Origin: the human T2T-CHM13v2.0 reference genome, Homo sapiens
Strand: one strand, 5' to 3'
Length of the DNA: 64,000 bases
Assembly (NCBI RefSeq): GCF_009914755.1
Contig: NC_060938.1
Shown here: piece after piece, positions 1 to 12,789 of the stretch
How the letters are laid out: each line of letters opens with the position of its first letter
How positions within the stretch are numbered: position 1 is the stretch's first letter
Program-made: the position numbers and the translations under genes
The notes under the pieces: generated by a model
What the model was told of the DNA's origin: nothing
What the model saw: the letters and a program-made list of their open reading frames with translations, nothing else
Database searches by the model: none

Positions 1-427
1 TCCATCAGTCCTAGATTTCTAACATTTCCTGTTAGTTTACTTGCTGGAGGATTAAGGCAAAACTGGATTAAAAAGGAGGAGTTGGGGAATTAACTGTTTC
101 CTGGCAAGATTAGCTTTCCAGGCACTGATTCCTGAGAAGAGGTGTTTTTTGTTGTTGTTGTTTTTGTTTTTAACTCCATAATGTTGCCTGGACACTAGAA
201 CAGGATTCCCCTTCCCCCATCTCATGTTTAATCTGTAGCTTCCCCAAAGTACCTTGTGTTAGTACTAGGGGGAGAATGACTCACACGTTGAATAAATTGT
301 TATTAAAGCATCTGGGCTCAATTGTGAACATACTAATAGTGAGGAATTGGAAAACCAAGTACTGGTGAGGGTTCGGCTGCTGACTGGCGAAATCACTTGC
401 TGAATGTGAGGCCCAACATCCTCTAAA

Positions 428-670
428 AATAATAAGAGTTAATATGTGCCGAATACGTCCTATATCCCCAGAACTATTATTAGCACCTTGTATACCATCT
501 CATTTAATCCTCATATTTCCAATGTAGAGCATGACTATCATCAACTATGTTTTGCAGATGAGGAAACTGAGGCACATAGATGTTAAATAATTTGCCCAAG
601 TTCATACAGTCATTAATGGCAATTTGGATTGAAATTCTGGCAGACAGAGACAGCTTGCAGGCTCTACCCT
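428..670 (-). mobile_element. MIR SINE
   Basis: Core GATGAGGAAACTGAGGCAC...AATTTGCCCAAG is the reverse complement of the MIR core. Confidence 0.85.
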
Positions 671-1030
671 GGTGGGTTCTACGATATTACCTCCTAAGAT
701 GAAGGGAAGGGACTGGAGGATCATGAGGGTCCTTCAGCCCTACTAGTGTGTGTGGAATGGGGAGAGGAGTATTCAGTTTCTCTGTTGGGAATGTGCAGCA
801 TTCAGCACCACCTCATTCCTTCCCATCTATGAGAATCTTTTGGGAATAGTCCTCACTATTAGGCCTATAGGTAGCATTGCCAACTTGGTTTAGTTCCCGT
901 GCCCCATAAGAATACTTATCAGGGCCATTCTTTTCTGAGCATGTGGGTTAAGTAAGATCTCAGTGGTAGTGGGACCTTGGAGAAATGAAGCCTCTGAAAT
1001 GTTGGCCACAGAGAAAAATGCTGCAGTGAG

Positions 1031-1056
1031 AAGCTGCAAGCTGCAAGCTGCAAGCT
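1031..1056. repeat. (AAGCTGC)3.7 heptamer tandem repeat
   Basis: aagctgc aagctgc aagctgc aagct read directly. Confidence 0.9.
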
Positions 1057-1166
1057 CCCAGCTAGCTGGCTTGATGGGGACCACAGTAAATCAGGAGGAA
1101 CAGTGGAGGCTGGTGTGGGATCTCGGGGGCCAGAACCTGGCCAGGGGATGTTGACCCAAAAAAAAA

Positions 1167-1214
1167 CAGCAGCAGCAGTAGAAACAACAACAGCAAGAAC
1201 AACAATAGCAACAA
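1167..1214. repeat. Degenerate CAG/CAA trinucleotide tract upstream of exon 1
   Basis: cagcagcagcagtagaaacaacaacagcaagaacaacaatagcaacaa. Confidence 0.75.
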
Positions 1215-1559
1215 GCCAGGTTCAGGCTAAAAAAGCAGGCAGTGTGCCAGGAAGGGGGCCGACTGAGCAGTGTGTGGAAGCTGTCGTGGAGGTGACCGTG
1301 GGGGGATGAGAAAAGGGGAAGGAAGGAACAGACAGCACCAGAGGGACTTGAACAAAGGGAGAAGGGGGATTAAAGTCAAATCACTGTCAGCAGCCCAGGA
1401 GCAGACAAAACCACCAGAGTAAGCCCTGAAATGGAAATGAGAGGGAAAAGAAGCAAGCCGCTAACAGCTACCAAGAAGAGGAGGAAGTGGGAGATGCGCT
1501 GCTTCCTGTAGAAAGAACGTTGATTGAAGACAAAGCTGGGTGGGGACTAGTCCCTGGGC

Positions 1560-1727
1560 TGCAGCCGCTGCTACACATACTCACAACGCTGCCGCCGCGC
1601 TCCGTGGGCAACTCCTACTACTGCTGGGCTGGGCTGGGCTGGGCTGGGCTGCGCCGGAGCTCGCCTGCACAGATCAGCTCCGGAGAGGGGAAAACCACGC
1701 TCCTCGGACCAAGCCTCGGGAGCTAAG
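1560..1727 (+). other. GNG2: GNG2 exon 1 (non-coding 5'UTR); start approximate
   Basis: GC-rich segment ending in donor AAG|GTAAAT at 1727/1728. The join ...GGGAGCTAAG+CCAGATCTGCC... matches my recollection of the GNG2 mRNA 5'UTR. Confidence 0.85.
1623..1651 (+). repeat. (GGGCT)5 pentanucleotide repeat, G-quadruplex motif
   Basis: Five GGG runs at 1626, 1631, 1636, 1641 and 1646 with 2-nt loops. Confidence 0.9.
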
Positions 1728-4144
1728 GTAAATGAAACGTTTTCCATGTTGCTCGTTTTTAATTGAGAAAAACGACCGTCGCTTGTGGTTTTAAGGTCCG
1801 ATTTCTAAGGGATGATAGAGACATCGCTTCAGGACTAGGGGAAATGATTAGATTCTTTTGGAAGGGTCTTTGAGAATGACCACATTTATGACACATTTGA
1901 TTTAAAAAAACCTCATCATCAGTGCTTAGATTTGATGACTAAACAGGCCAACATGCTAAATACAAGAAGCTGTTTGTATAGTTCTCTCGGAGGAAAACCA
2001 GGGCTGAGTCGAAATCCATCTGGGGCTGTGAAGCTGTGGTCTGGTCATCGGAGCCCGGCAGTCCCCTTGTTTTAGGGGAGTGAGTGGTGTAAAATATTAA
2101 TTGCATTCTCTTTCTTACACATTGCACTGGGATATCTTCTGTTTTGCAAAAATAATGGCTGTGATTTGGCTTTTGGGGGAGTTAAATTCTTTTGTACTTA
2201 GATTTTGCCAACAAAGGCTTGAATTGCGTATGTGAGGGGCAGTATTTACCATTAAAAAACAGTGTCTTCCTCCCTCAGCTTGTGCAGCTGCTTTCAGGAT
2301 AACCTCAGACACAGCTATCATTTGCCAGTAGGTCTTATCCTAAAGTTGCATCCTTGTTCAAAGGAGCGTGGCGGGTTTAAGGCCAGTAACTTGTCCAGAA
2401 TCAGATACTAGCATATGCATGGATTTTATGTTTATATGCATTTTATTCACCTCTAGGTCAAGGTGCATGTTAGCCTCGGTGAGGGACAAAATAAAAAAGT
2501 GCAGCTGGGTTATTTCCTTACGCGAATATCGGGTAGATAGACTGAAGTAGTAAAACCAGAACATGATTTTTATTCTTTGATTTTCTTGAGCAAAGGATGT
2601 TCTTAATGAGAGCCTGGGTCTATGACTTGTTCATATTTATGAATGATATGTAAAAGTACACTAAATAGGTCTAGCAGATGAGAACTGAGATTGTGAGATT
2701 CCTCTGACAGGATATATTAGAGAGTTTAATACCCTCATGCAGCATGATTTAAAGAATTAAGCTTTTTTAATCTTCAACAGAAAGTACAGTTAAGCAGTAA
2801 GTAGTCATTGATAAAAGGGTTTTTCTTCTAGAGTTTCTATAATGAAAGGAGATAATTTTTCAAAAGAAAGAGAAAAAACTGCTTATAGTGGAGTCAAAAT
2901 TTAAAAAAAGTCAATATTTTGACACTCACAGATTCTTGAAACATAGGTTCTTAGATACCAAATATGCTAGTTGAGAGTGTATGTATGTATATGCCTCCTC
3001 CTTTATCATCGTTCTCACTTGTTAAGAGCTATAGGGCTATTTTTAATGCTATCTTTATGAAATCGATATGGCTTCTCAAAATCTGTGGAGTAGCAGCACA
3101 TTTTGAGAGATGGGAAGCTTTTATAGCTACTAAAGAAAAAAAAAGTCTATTTCTCAGAGGTTTTTTGCTCATTAAAGTAAACCTGCACCATGCCTAAGAG
3201 ACAAAGTACTGCTAGTATTGAAACCATGGAACTCCTTGAAGGATTCACTGAATTTAATCAAACTTGTGGGCAAAACAAGTCGTGACATGGATTTTGCAGT
3301 TCCACTTCCTATTTGCATCCTAAAGGGAAGTATGTAAAGATCATCTTCTTAGAGAAGAGACCTAGGATAGATCTTCGATCCAGAATGACCCAGTGGAGTT
3401 CTAGAATCAAGCTGTGCATCATGAAATGAAGTAAAAAGTTGGCAACCTGAGCTGCATGGATAAGGACAGGCTTACCCTTTGGTACTTACTCCTCTGCAGG
3501 CTGTATTCACTAGATAATGCCAACACCCTACTTTGTTTGGGGAGGCACAGACAATCTGCATTAGTCTTCTGTGTGTGTTTCACACATGAGTAAGAAAATG
3601 AAACCTTGCCCGACGGGCATAGTAGAGTCAAGAGGGCCTTGCTATCTTTCTGAAAACAACTAAGAGGTGCCTATTTTCTGCACAGCACAAAACATTTCTT
3701 AATCGTTAAATTCCAGCTTGAAGCAGAACATTAGTGAGTAACAGCAGATCAGTAACTATGATGGTAGAATGTTTAGGAAAAAGATGAATATGCTTCTACA
3801 TTGTAAAATGAAACTATTTCCACTTATTCTGGCCATATGGAATATTGAAAGACTTAATGATTTTTCCTGGGGTATTCACTGGCTTTTGAGGAGTAGACCA
3901 ACACAGAAATTTTAATTGTGCTTTTTTTTTTTTTTTTTCTGCCATATGGCCAATGGCTGAATGGAAACATGACTCCATTATTTCATTGCCAGCCTTGGGC
4001 CTCATATGGTGGACATGTAGTGAATGTGTTTGTTTGACTGACTTTGTTTAGCCTGCTTCAGAAAGCAGGCCCAACTTTTAAGTCTAAAAGCTGTATAGTC
4101 AAAGTAGAAAGCCTGTTCATAAAAGACTTCTGTGGGTAGGAGAA

Positions 4145-4290
4145 AACACTGTGGAGTGAAAAGAACGCAGGCTTTGGAGCCAGGCAGATCTGCCTTTGAA
4201 ACCTATTACTGGTTCTTACTACTTACCTTGGTACATTAACTTAGGAACCTCAGTTTCCTCATTGTAAAGAAGGGCTAGTAATACATAATC
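4145..4290 (+). mobile_element. MIR SINE
   Basis: GGCTTTGGAGCCAGGCAGA...CCTCAGTTTCCTCATTGTAAA. Confidence 0.75.
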
Positions 4291-4447
4291 AAAGTTGTTG
4301 TTTTGCTTTGTTTTTGCTTTTGTGTGCGGATAAGTGAGTGATTTCTACATAGAAGGTACTGAAATGTTATTTTTTTCTTCCTTGGTGGCATAAGGAAAAG
4401 TTAGCATATTCTTGGTCTTTACCACTGCCTCACAGGTTTAGGGAGAC

Positions 4448-5285
4448 TTTTTTTATAGTGATAAAATATACATAACATAACATTTCCCATTTTAACTATT
4501 TTTTTAAGTATGCAGTTCTGTGGTAGCGAGTACATTGATGTGCTGTCATCACCACCGTCCATCCATAGAACTGTCTTTATCTTGCAAAACTGAAATTCTA
4601 TACCCATTAATCAATACCTCCTCTTTCCCTCCTTCTCTCAGCTCCTGGAAACCCCCATTTTACTTCTGTCTCTATGAATGTGACCAAGTATCCCATATAT
4701 GTGAAGTCATACAATATTTGTCCTTTTGTGACTGGCTTAATACACTTAGCATAATGTCTTTAAGATTCATCAATGTTGTAGCATGTGCTAGAATTTCCTT
4801 CCTGTTTAAGCTGAATAATATTCCATTGAATGTATAGACTATACTTTGTTTATTCTCTTTTGATGGACACTCGGGCCATGTTTTGGCTATTGTAAATAAT
4901 ACTGCTATGAACACGGGTGTACAAATATCTGTTAGAGTCCCTGCTTTTACTTCTTTTGGGAACCCAGAAGTGAAAATGATGGAACACAGTAATTATATAT
5001 TTAATTTTTGAAGAATTGCCATACTGTTTTCCATAGCAGCTGCACTATTTTACCTTCCCACCAGCAATGAACAAGGATTCCAACTTCTCCACATTCTCAT
5101 CAATATTTATTTTGTTTTTTATTTATGTTTTTGATAATAGCCATTTTAAGAGGTATGAAGTGGTATCTCTTTATGGTTTTGATGAGCATTTTCCTAATCA
5201 CTAGTGATGTTGAGCATCTTTTCTTGTGCTCATTGGCCATTTGTATATCTTCTTAGAAAAATGTCTATTCATATTCCTTGCTGAT
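4448..5285 (-). mobile_element. L1MB-type LINE-1 3' fragment
   Basis: Typical antisense L1M 3' end and ORF2-end text (CCATACTGTTTTCCATAGCAGCTGCAC...GATGTTGAGCATCTTTTC). Confidence 0.85.
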
Positions 5286-6282
5286 GTTTTTCCCCAGAAA
5301 TACTGTGTTGAGAATATTTGCAAATTTTTAATCAAATTTTTGAAGAGACATTTGCAAATGGCAGGATCTTTTAACATAATGTGTCATTAGATAATAATCA
5401 TAATCTTCGTATTTAACCTCCTTTATACAACAGTATTATCCCTGTGTAAATAAAATACTCCTCTCAAAAGTAACATTTGAAATCAAAAGGACAGAGTAAG
5501 AAAATGTGCATAGCTTCTGCTAGTTGGTGATGTCCAGAACCTGATAGTGAAATTCAAACCTTTATTGTAGACAGTCACACCAGTGATTCTGCTGGTCAAA
5601 TCTCAGACCAGGCTACCACTACGGAGGCACTGGAGAGCTGTTTCTTCAGTGCTTTTCTGGTCCCCTCATTAGAGAAAAATGCTCAGTAGGTATCATGGCC
5701 AGAAAGGGAGGGGAGAAACTAAAGTACTAAATTGCTCTGAAATCCTTTATAAGGGGGAGCAGTAACTTGTGGGGAGGGGCTACAGTAGTTAAACAATACA
5801 ACAAGTTTCTGAGACAACAAGTTTCTACTAATGAAGTGTGATCCTAACCAAAATTTCACTTTTAAAAATAATGAATCCTCTGTTTCCTTTTCCACGACAG
5901 ATTTTACTCCTAATCCTTAAACTGGTGAGGCAGGGTATGGTGAGGCTGAGGAGAGCTGGGCAGAACAATTAGCAGGGACCCTATTGAATAGCAACAGTAT
6001 CTGAGCTTTACGATGTGGGGTCAGACGTTGACCTTGAATGGTTTGAAGAGCTCCTGAATAATTAATGTTAACTTTCTGTAATGCACTTTGTCCATGTGCT
6101 GGGGGCCAGGGGTGGAGGGAAGTTTGCAAATAATGACCCCTAATTTTATTTAATGTGCACATCTATTCATTCTACAATTACTGGGAGAAGCCAGGTGCCT
6201 GTCTTTACTAGATCTGGGTGGGAGAGGAGAGTTGCAGAGCTGTGTTGAGATTTAGTCTCCACCCTCCCACCCTCACCTCCAA

Positions 6283-6410
6283 GATGATGACTATGTTAAT
6301 TAGCCTGATTTGATCATCACAATGTATACATGTATCAAAACATCACATTGTACCCCATAAATATACACAATTTTTATTTTTCAATTAAAAATATAATAAA
6401 AAATTTATAA
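6283..6410 (+). mobile_element. L1MA-type 3' terminal fragment
   Basis: ATGTATCAAAACATCACATTGTACCCCATAAATATACAC followed by an A-rich tail. Confidence 0.8.
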
Positions 6411-7439
6411 AGGACTTAGTCCCTGGCCTAGGACATGCTAGAATGGTAGAGCTAAAAATGATCTGGGGGGTGACCTAGCCTATATTGACCTCTTCATAAG
6501 GGATAATAAAATAGGCCTGGAATTTAGAGTTAAACAGTTCATTAATTCCTCACCTCCCAGTTACAACTCCATTTCACTTACCTCATATTAGGGCAAAGTC
6601 TTTATATGTTGTCACATTTAAAATTGTTTGTAAGACTAAAATATTTTGTTTAAAAAAAAAGAGTAGACGGTTTACATTTAGTACCCTATGTAAATATGGA
6701 GTTTCTGTGTACAAACTTGTTCAGGTGTAAAAGATGCCACTGTGGAATAGAGATTTAAATTTTCAGGTAAGAGTATTAGAGATATCTGTAAATATATGGT
6801 TCTTGAAAATTCTTATGTTAAAGACAACAAGTTGTATTTAGTGGGAGTCAGTGTTCAGACAATCTCTAGAGGACTTCATTAAACACTGAAAAAAAAAAGG
6901 GAGTTCAATTCTCAAACTTTAGTGATAACATGTTTCTTAGAAGTGGTACTACTGTATACAGAGGCTGGAGATAAGACAGGATCAGCCCCTTTATCTCTTG
7001 GCAAATATGTGTAAACAGTCAAGCTGTTAATGAAAAAGCTTTGAAAAACCAGTCTCTTGACCACTTCTTCCCTGTTCCCTGGCCTTCCCTTGCTCCCTGG
7101 CCAGCCCGGGTGTGGGGTCAGGCATTCCCCTGATCCTCTTCCCAGGAACCCAGCACTCAGAGGTAGAGGAGAGGGGCTGAAAACTGGGCTGACTGGTTCT
7201 ACTCTAGATTCACTGCATCTCCGCAGGGCCATTGCTGTTCTTTCAAAATTCTTTCCTTCTTCCTTTTTTATTTCACTTTTCACTCTGTCCTGTGCATTTT
7301 CAATGGAAACCATTCAACCAAGTCCCTACTGCCTTTATGCGTTAGAAGTGACCTCACTTTCTGTCTTTCTGAGAAGGCACATATTACAGACTTCCTCAAC
7401 CTCATTCTTACCACCTTAGAATTTCCCCATGTCTTCCTT

Positions 7440-7798
7440 TATTTTAGATCATTTGAATTGCTGTCACAAATTACCAAAGATGAGGTAACCCAGAAACAAC
7501 AGAAATCTTTTTTTTTTTTTACACTTCTATGGGCTGGAAAGTCCAAGATCAAGGTACTGGCAGATTTGATGTCTGGCAAAGGCCGTGGACAGCACTTTCT
7601 GTGTGTCCCCACATGACAGAAGGGGCCAGCTGGCTCTCTCCAGTCTCTCTTATAAGGGCACTAATCCCATTCATGGGACTCCATACTCATGACCCAATCA
7701 CCTCCAAAGGTGGCCTCATGTCCTAATACCATTGCACTGGGGATCAGGTTCCAACATATGGGTATGTAGGGGGACAGAAACATCTGCATCATTCACAT
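7440..7798 (-). mobile_element. MLT1A-like MaLR LTR
   Basis: AAGTCCAAGATCAAGG...TTATAAGGGCACTAATCCCATTCATG...CTCATGACCCAATCACCTCC. Confidence 0.8.
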
Positions 7799-8659
7799 CA
7801 TTCATTCTCCTCTTCCTCCTAAGTCAAATTAACATCATCTTTCCTTTAAGCCAAGAATAAACCCTCTACTTGGACTCTCTATCCCATTCCCTTTTACTTT
7901 CTAAGGGATTATGTTGTGACAATAATTCTGTCTTTCCTACATATTTAGTTTCTTCTCTTTCTTGGTCCTTTCCTCTTTCCCTGTAAACATGCTTAGTTTT
8001 TCCATACGCACACAAAGTAATTAAGAAGTAGATGAAACAAATCTCCTCCTACCTCTCTGCGGGCTCCAACTTCACTAACTTCAGTTCCTGCTCCCCAAAT
8101 ATGAGTGTTCTCAAGATACGAGTCTTTGGCCATTTAATTTCTCCCTCTCCCTAATCAAATTCTGTCCTGTGATTTTAGTCACTGTTGCTGTGTGGGTCAG
8201 TCCCAAATCTGATGAAGCATCCTAATCATTCACCTCCTCTCTCAGCTTGTACAGCAAGCTGCCTGCAAATTCACCAGAACATCCAACCCACAGAAAATGA
8301 AACTCACGTGTCCAAAACTGTGCTCACCATCACCTTTCCCACTCCTCAAAACCAGCTCCTCACCTGATTTCATAATTGTTAATGACACCCCATTTATCAT
8401 TACCTCAGTTATGACAATTCAGCTTCACTGTCTTCCTCACCAAGCACCTCTAGTTGCAGGAAGTTGCATGGCTCCTTGCAATTGTGATTGGGAAAATATC
8501 TTGATACTGACTCTTTTCCATGTTTATAGCCGGTGTCTTAGTTGAGGCCCTCCTAACCTCCAGCTGGGCTGACTTGTTTTTTGAGTTCTTTTCTCTCCGC
8601 CTAGGATAAGTTAGTTCCTGCTTCCCCTTCCATACTTTGTCCCCACAGTCTTACTTCTC

Positions 8660-9610
8660 TGAATAACCAAATTCCATCTGTCCTGTAAAGCTCAGTTCAA
8701 ATGCTGCCTCTTTCATGAAGCCTCCCTTGGTTTCTTCCCTTTTTTCCCCAATAAAAAAACAATGCTCCTCTGAAATCTTTTGTTCTTTCATCACAGCATC
8801 TAGCTCACTCTAGTGTGTATAACAGCAATCTGCATAATTTTTTTTTTTGACCACACTCCAAGCTCTTTGAGGACAGCGGTCACATCTGGTTTCATCTTTG
8901 TCTTCCTTATACCACACAATGCAGTTTGTTTATCATTCATTTATTTAATGAACATTCTTGAGTGACTCATTTTTTGATGCAGAGTGGGCTAGACATAGTA
9001 CTTGTCCTCTAAGAGCTCACAAACTCATGGGGAAAACAGACAAATACAGAAATATAATTACAATAGAATTAATCGATGTGTTCAAAGTCCTAATGTCTGC
9101 AATGTGCCATGTGCTCGTCAAGATGCCAGGGAGACTAGGATGAACAAAACTGGTCGGTTGTTTTCTTGAAACTTACATTCGAGTATTGAGAGAGACTCAA
9201 TAAACACATAAACCAGTGGTTTTTAGGTCTAACTGCACATTAGAAATCACTGAGAGGGTAGTTTGAAAAAAATATCATGTCCCAACCTCACCTCAGAGTA
9301 ATTAAATCAGAATCAACCAGGATTGGAACCATTGACAGAAATGACTTACAATAAAAGAAAATGTCAAGTAGTAGTGAGTGCTTTGATGGATTGAAGTAGA
9401 AACAGGGTGAATGGTGGGACTGTGCCTATGCTGGCAGGGGTAATTGGGAGATTACTTTGTTGAGTAATCCCTGAAGGCCTCTCTGAAGAGGTGACATTTG
9501 AGTTGAGACCAAAATGATGCTGAGGATTCAGCCATGTAAAGATATTGGGGCGAAGGGGGCTTGTGGAGAAGGTTTTGAGCAGAAGGTGCAGGTGCCTTTC
9601 TGAAATAAGA
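8660..9610. mobile_element. L2 fragments with an embedded MER5A-like hAT element (~9213-9330)
   Basis: L2 motifs GCTCAGTTCAAATGCTGCCTCTT, TCATTCATTTATTTAATGAACATT, GGCCTCTCTGAAGAGGTGACATTTGAG; MER5-like CTGCACATTAGAAATCAC...AAATCAGAATC. Confidence 0.6.
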
Positions 9611-10335
9611 ATGAGGTGAGATTTCAGAGGAAATGTGTCCTTCTTCACATACATGTTCTGTAATCTACAAACTATGTCTTTTTCCCTACAGAAAGCAGCT
9701 TTTCGATAAACTTTGTAGACTCCAAATGCAGAACACTTGGCTGCTGTGTTGATTACTTGATCTGGGTTGGATTTTATTTAGTTCAAATTGATTTACACAG
9801 TCAGGAAGACTACTCTGTTTGATTACATTTTTTTCTCTACACTGCAATCAGCACTACACTACTTGTCTGAATTAAATACCATTCTTATTGTTTAAAATAA
9901 CCTTAGGTACTTGATATTATCTTTATTTGAATAAAGAGGAGAAAGCAATGACTTCTGCCCTTATTCCTGTTTTGGGGAACCAGGGAAAGCCTCCTAGAGG
10001 AGTCATTCAGACCACACAGAGTAAAGAAAGCACTAACTAATTTGAATAAGTGAAGACTAACATATGTCAAGAATTAAGTTGAGAATGAACATTTGTTAGG
10101 CATTCAGTTTGTGCTGGATACTTTAGCTAGTTTTAAAAATAACCCTACGAAATAAGGACAATATTTTTCTATCAGGATATTTCTGGCTGCTGATAAAGGA
10201 ATGTCCTACTAAAATGGCGTAAGCAATAGGAAATTGATCGCAAGACCTCTGATAGGAGGGTAGCTTCAGAGTTACTTATGTGGTAGCTGGATAATGTCCT
10301 TAGCAACCTGGATTCTTCCCTTCCTCCCACTGTGA

Positions 10336-10749
<414 letters not shown>

Positions 10750-11136
10750 GCGGCTCTTTTTAAAGTCACAGAAAATCTGTGTCCAGTGGAATTTCCACTC
10801 ACAACTTACATGCTATATGTATGAGTAAGTAGGCAGACAGAACCACTGTGATTGGCTAATTTAAGAGTTTCCTCCCGAGGCCATGGAGCAGCCCAGGCTC
10901 TCTGAAGAACAAAGTCATCAGACCCCAGCAAAAGGGTCTGGTTCTATTAGCAAGGAAGAGGGGGTTAGTGGGTAGGCAGTCAATAGAGTTGGCCACTATT
11001 ATTATTCCCATTTTATAAGTGAAGATATCCAGACTAAAAAGGTTAAATAACTGAGCAATATCATACAACATTGAATTGAACAAAGTTTCCATGCATTTCC
11101 CTTTGAGAAAAACACGAACAAAAGCCTTGTTTTTGG

Positions 11137-11198
11137 CTATATAACAAACCTGCACGTGTACCCCTGAACCTAAAAGAAAATATTAAGAAAAAAAAAAC
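11137..11198 (+). mobile_element. Extremely 5'-truncated L1PA/PB 3' end
   Basis: AACAAACCTGCACGTGTACCCCTGAACCTAAAA plus A tail, flanked by CTTGTTTTTG repeats. Confidence 0.75.
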
Positions 11199-12367
11199 AA
11201 CTTGTTTTTGTTGTTAGCAATGATCTAGGTAGGCCAGAGGAAGAATCCTGGCGAAAAACACAGACTGGAGAAAGCTAGGCAAAGTAAAGAATAACCTTCT
11301 AAACAAAATATTCCAGAAGGAAATACATCAGGTCCTATAAAGCAATAAGAATGGCATTTAATTTAGACAACCAGCCCTGCATTTCTGCATTGTAAAATAT
11401 ATATATAATTAAATTGCATTTTCCTGACTGGTCATTTAAATCAATTTGGTCTATATAAAAATCTACCCTGGGCCAAGTAATGAGCTAGAGACGCCAAGCA
11501 TTCTGTGTATAGTATCTGTCAGACTTAAATGAAAACCTTGTTTTCTCTAGAGAGGTAGGTATTTTGTTGATTACAGTACCTGTAAAGAAGAATGGATCAT
11601 CTCTGGAATTTCTGATTATGAGTTATTTAGAAAATAGTTTCCACTTTCCAGCTCCGGAGGCAGCATATACAGTTCCATTACTGTCGCATTCTCTTTATGG
11701 TTGCTGCTTCCTACTTTGGCATTATATTTCAGAGGCTATGCACATGAGGCAGCAATAGTGAAAAAGGGAAATTTCAGTGGAATTGCTGTTATTACAGTGT
11801 TTTGACTACTTGTCTCTAAGGTGTATTTCTGTGCATGTTCATCATAACAGACTAAGCATTAATGGTAGGAGTACTTTTTAAAATAAATGATGGAGTGCTT
11901 CCTACTCTTAGATTTGCATTTTTAAACAGGAAAGTAAGTTAATTCTAGACTTTGCCAACAGAGCTCTGTTTAAGGAGAGTATTTATCTGATCTATGTTAG
12001 AACCATATAAGAAAAATTGTGAAAAAATTTAAACCGAAACCCTCACTTTCATTTTAAAGGCTTTATTTGGGAGAATTAAATTGGTCCTTTGCCGTTTTTT
12101 TAAACCTCATGAATGACGGTTGTGTTTAGGGAACATTGCTGTGTATAGGCATTAAGGCATTTCATTGACATTTTTATTTTTTCTTTGGAAAAAAGTTGAT
12201 ATTAAACAGTTCTATGTCTTTTAAAATTAAAATAAGAAAAATTTAAGTAGAGGTGAAAATTCCTAGGCAAAAAAAAAAAAAGGTCCAACTAGTCTTTTCT
12301 TATTCATCTTAAAATAATCATAAAATACTGAAGTGTAGAAAAGTAACATTCAAAGATAACATGTAGG

Positions 12368-12590
12368 AGAGTGTAGCAGTTAAAGGACATTGGTTTAGAG
12401 TCAGAATTACTTGGGCAAATTGCTTAAGCTTTCTATGCCTCAGTTTCTTCATCTATAATGGGAAATAAGATAATATCTACTTCACAAAACTGACAGGAGA
12501 AAAATACATAATAAATGTGAAATGTTTATTTAGCAAGGTGCCTGAATTGTAGTGTAATTATTCAAAATAAATATATTATTAGTATAACTT
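12368..12590 (+). mobile_element. MIR SINE
   Basis: CTTGGGCAAATTGCTTAAGCTTTCTATGCCTCAGTTTCTTCATCTATAA. Confidence 0.8.
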
Positions 12591-12789
12591 ATTGTTATCA
12601 CAAATCTGCAGTAGAGTATCTTTTATTCTATCCAAGGGATTTGCACCAAATTCTGCAGAAGTGATTGTTATGGCCCAACATTAATCATAGGTGCTCAGAC
12701 CTTGGAATAAGGCATCCCCTAAGGAAGCCTATTATTGTCGGATGTCGTTTTGACTTCATGAAGTAATAGTCTGGGTTTGTGCTGTTTGT

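Larger units (their letters stand above)
1240..2060 (+). promoter_or_regulatory. GNG2: TATA-less promoter / weak CpG-enriched region of GNG2 with ETS and RUNX motifs
   Basis: CpG-enriched 1490-1830; GAGGAAGT (ETS/PU.1-type) 1481-1488; TGTGGTT (RUNX) 1784-1790 and TGTGGT 2035-2040; surrounds the first exon. Confidence 0.7.

Noticed and set aside
1487-1731. ORFs overlapping exon 1
   Set aside because: Non-ATG starts, low-complexity WAGLG repeats from (GGGCT)n, and no similarity to Gγ proteins; the exon is UTR
4419-4914. ORFs resembling the L1 ORF2 C-terminus (MFIAVLFTIAKTW...)
   Set aside because: Decayed L1MB fragment with no intact ORF2
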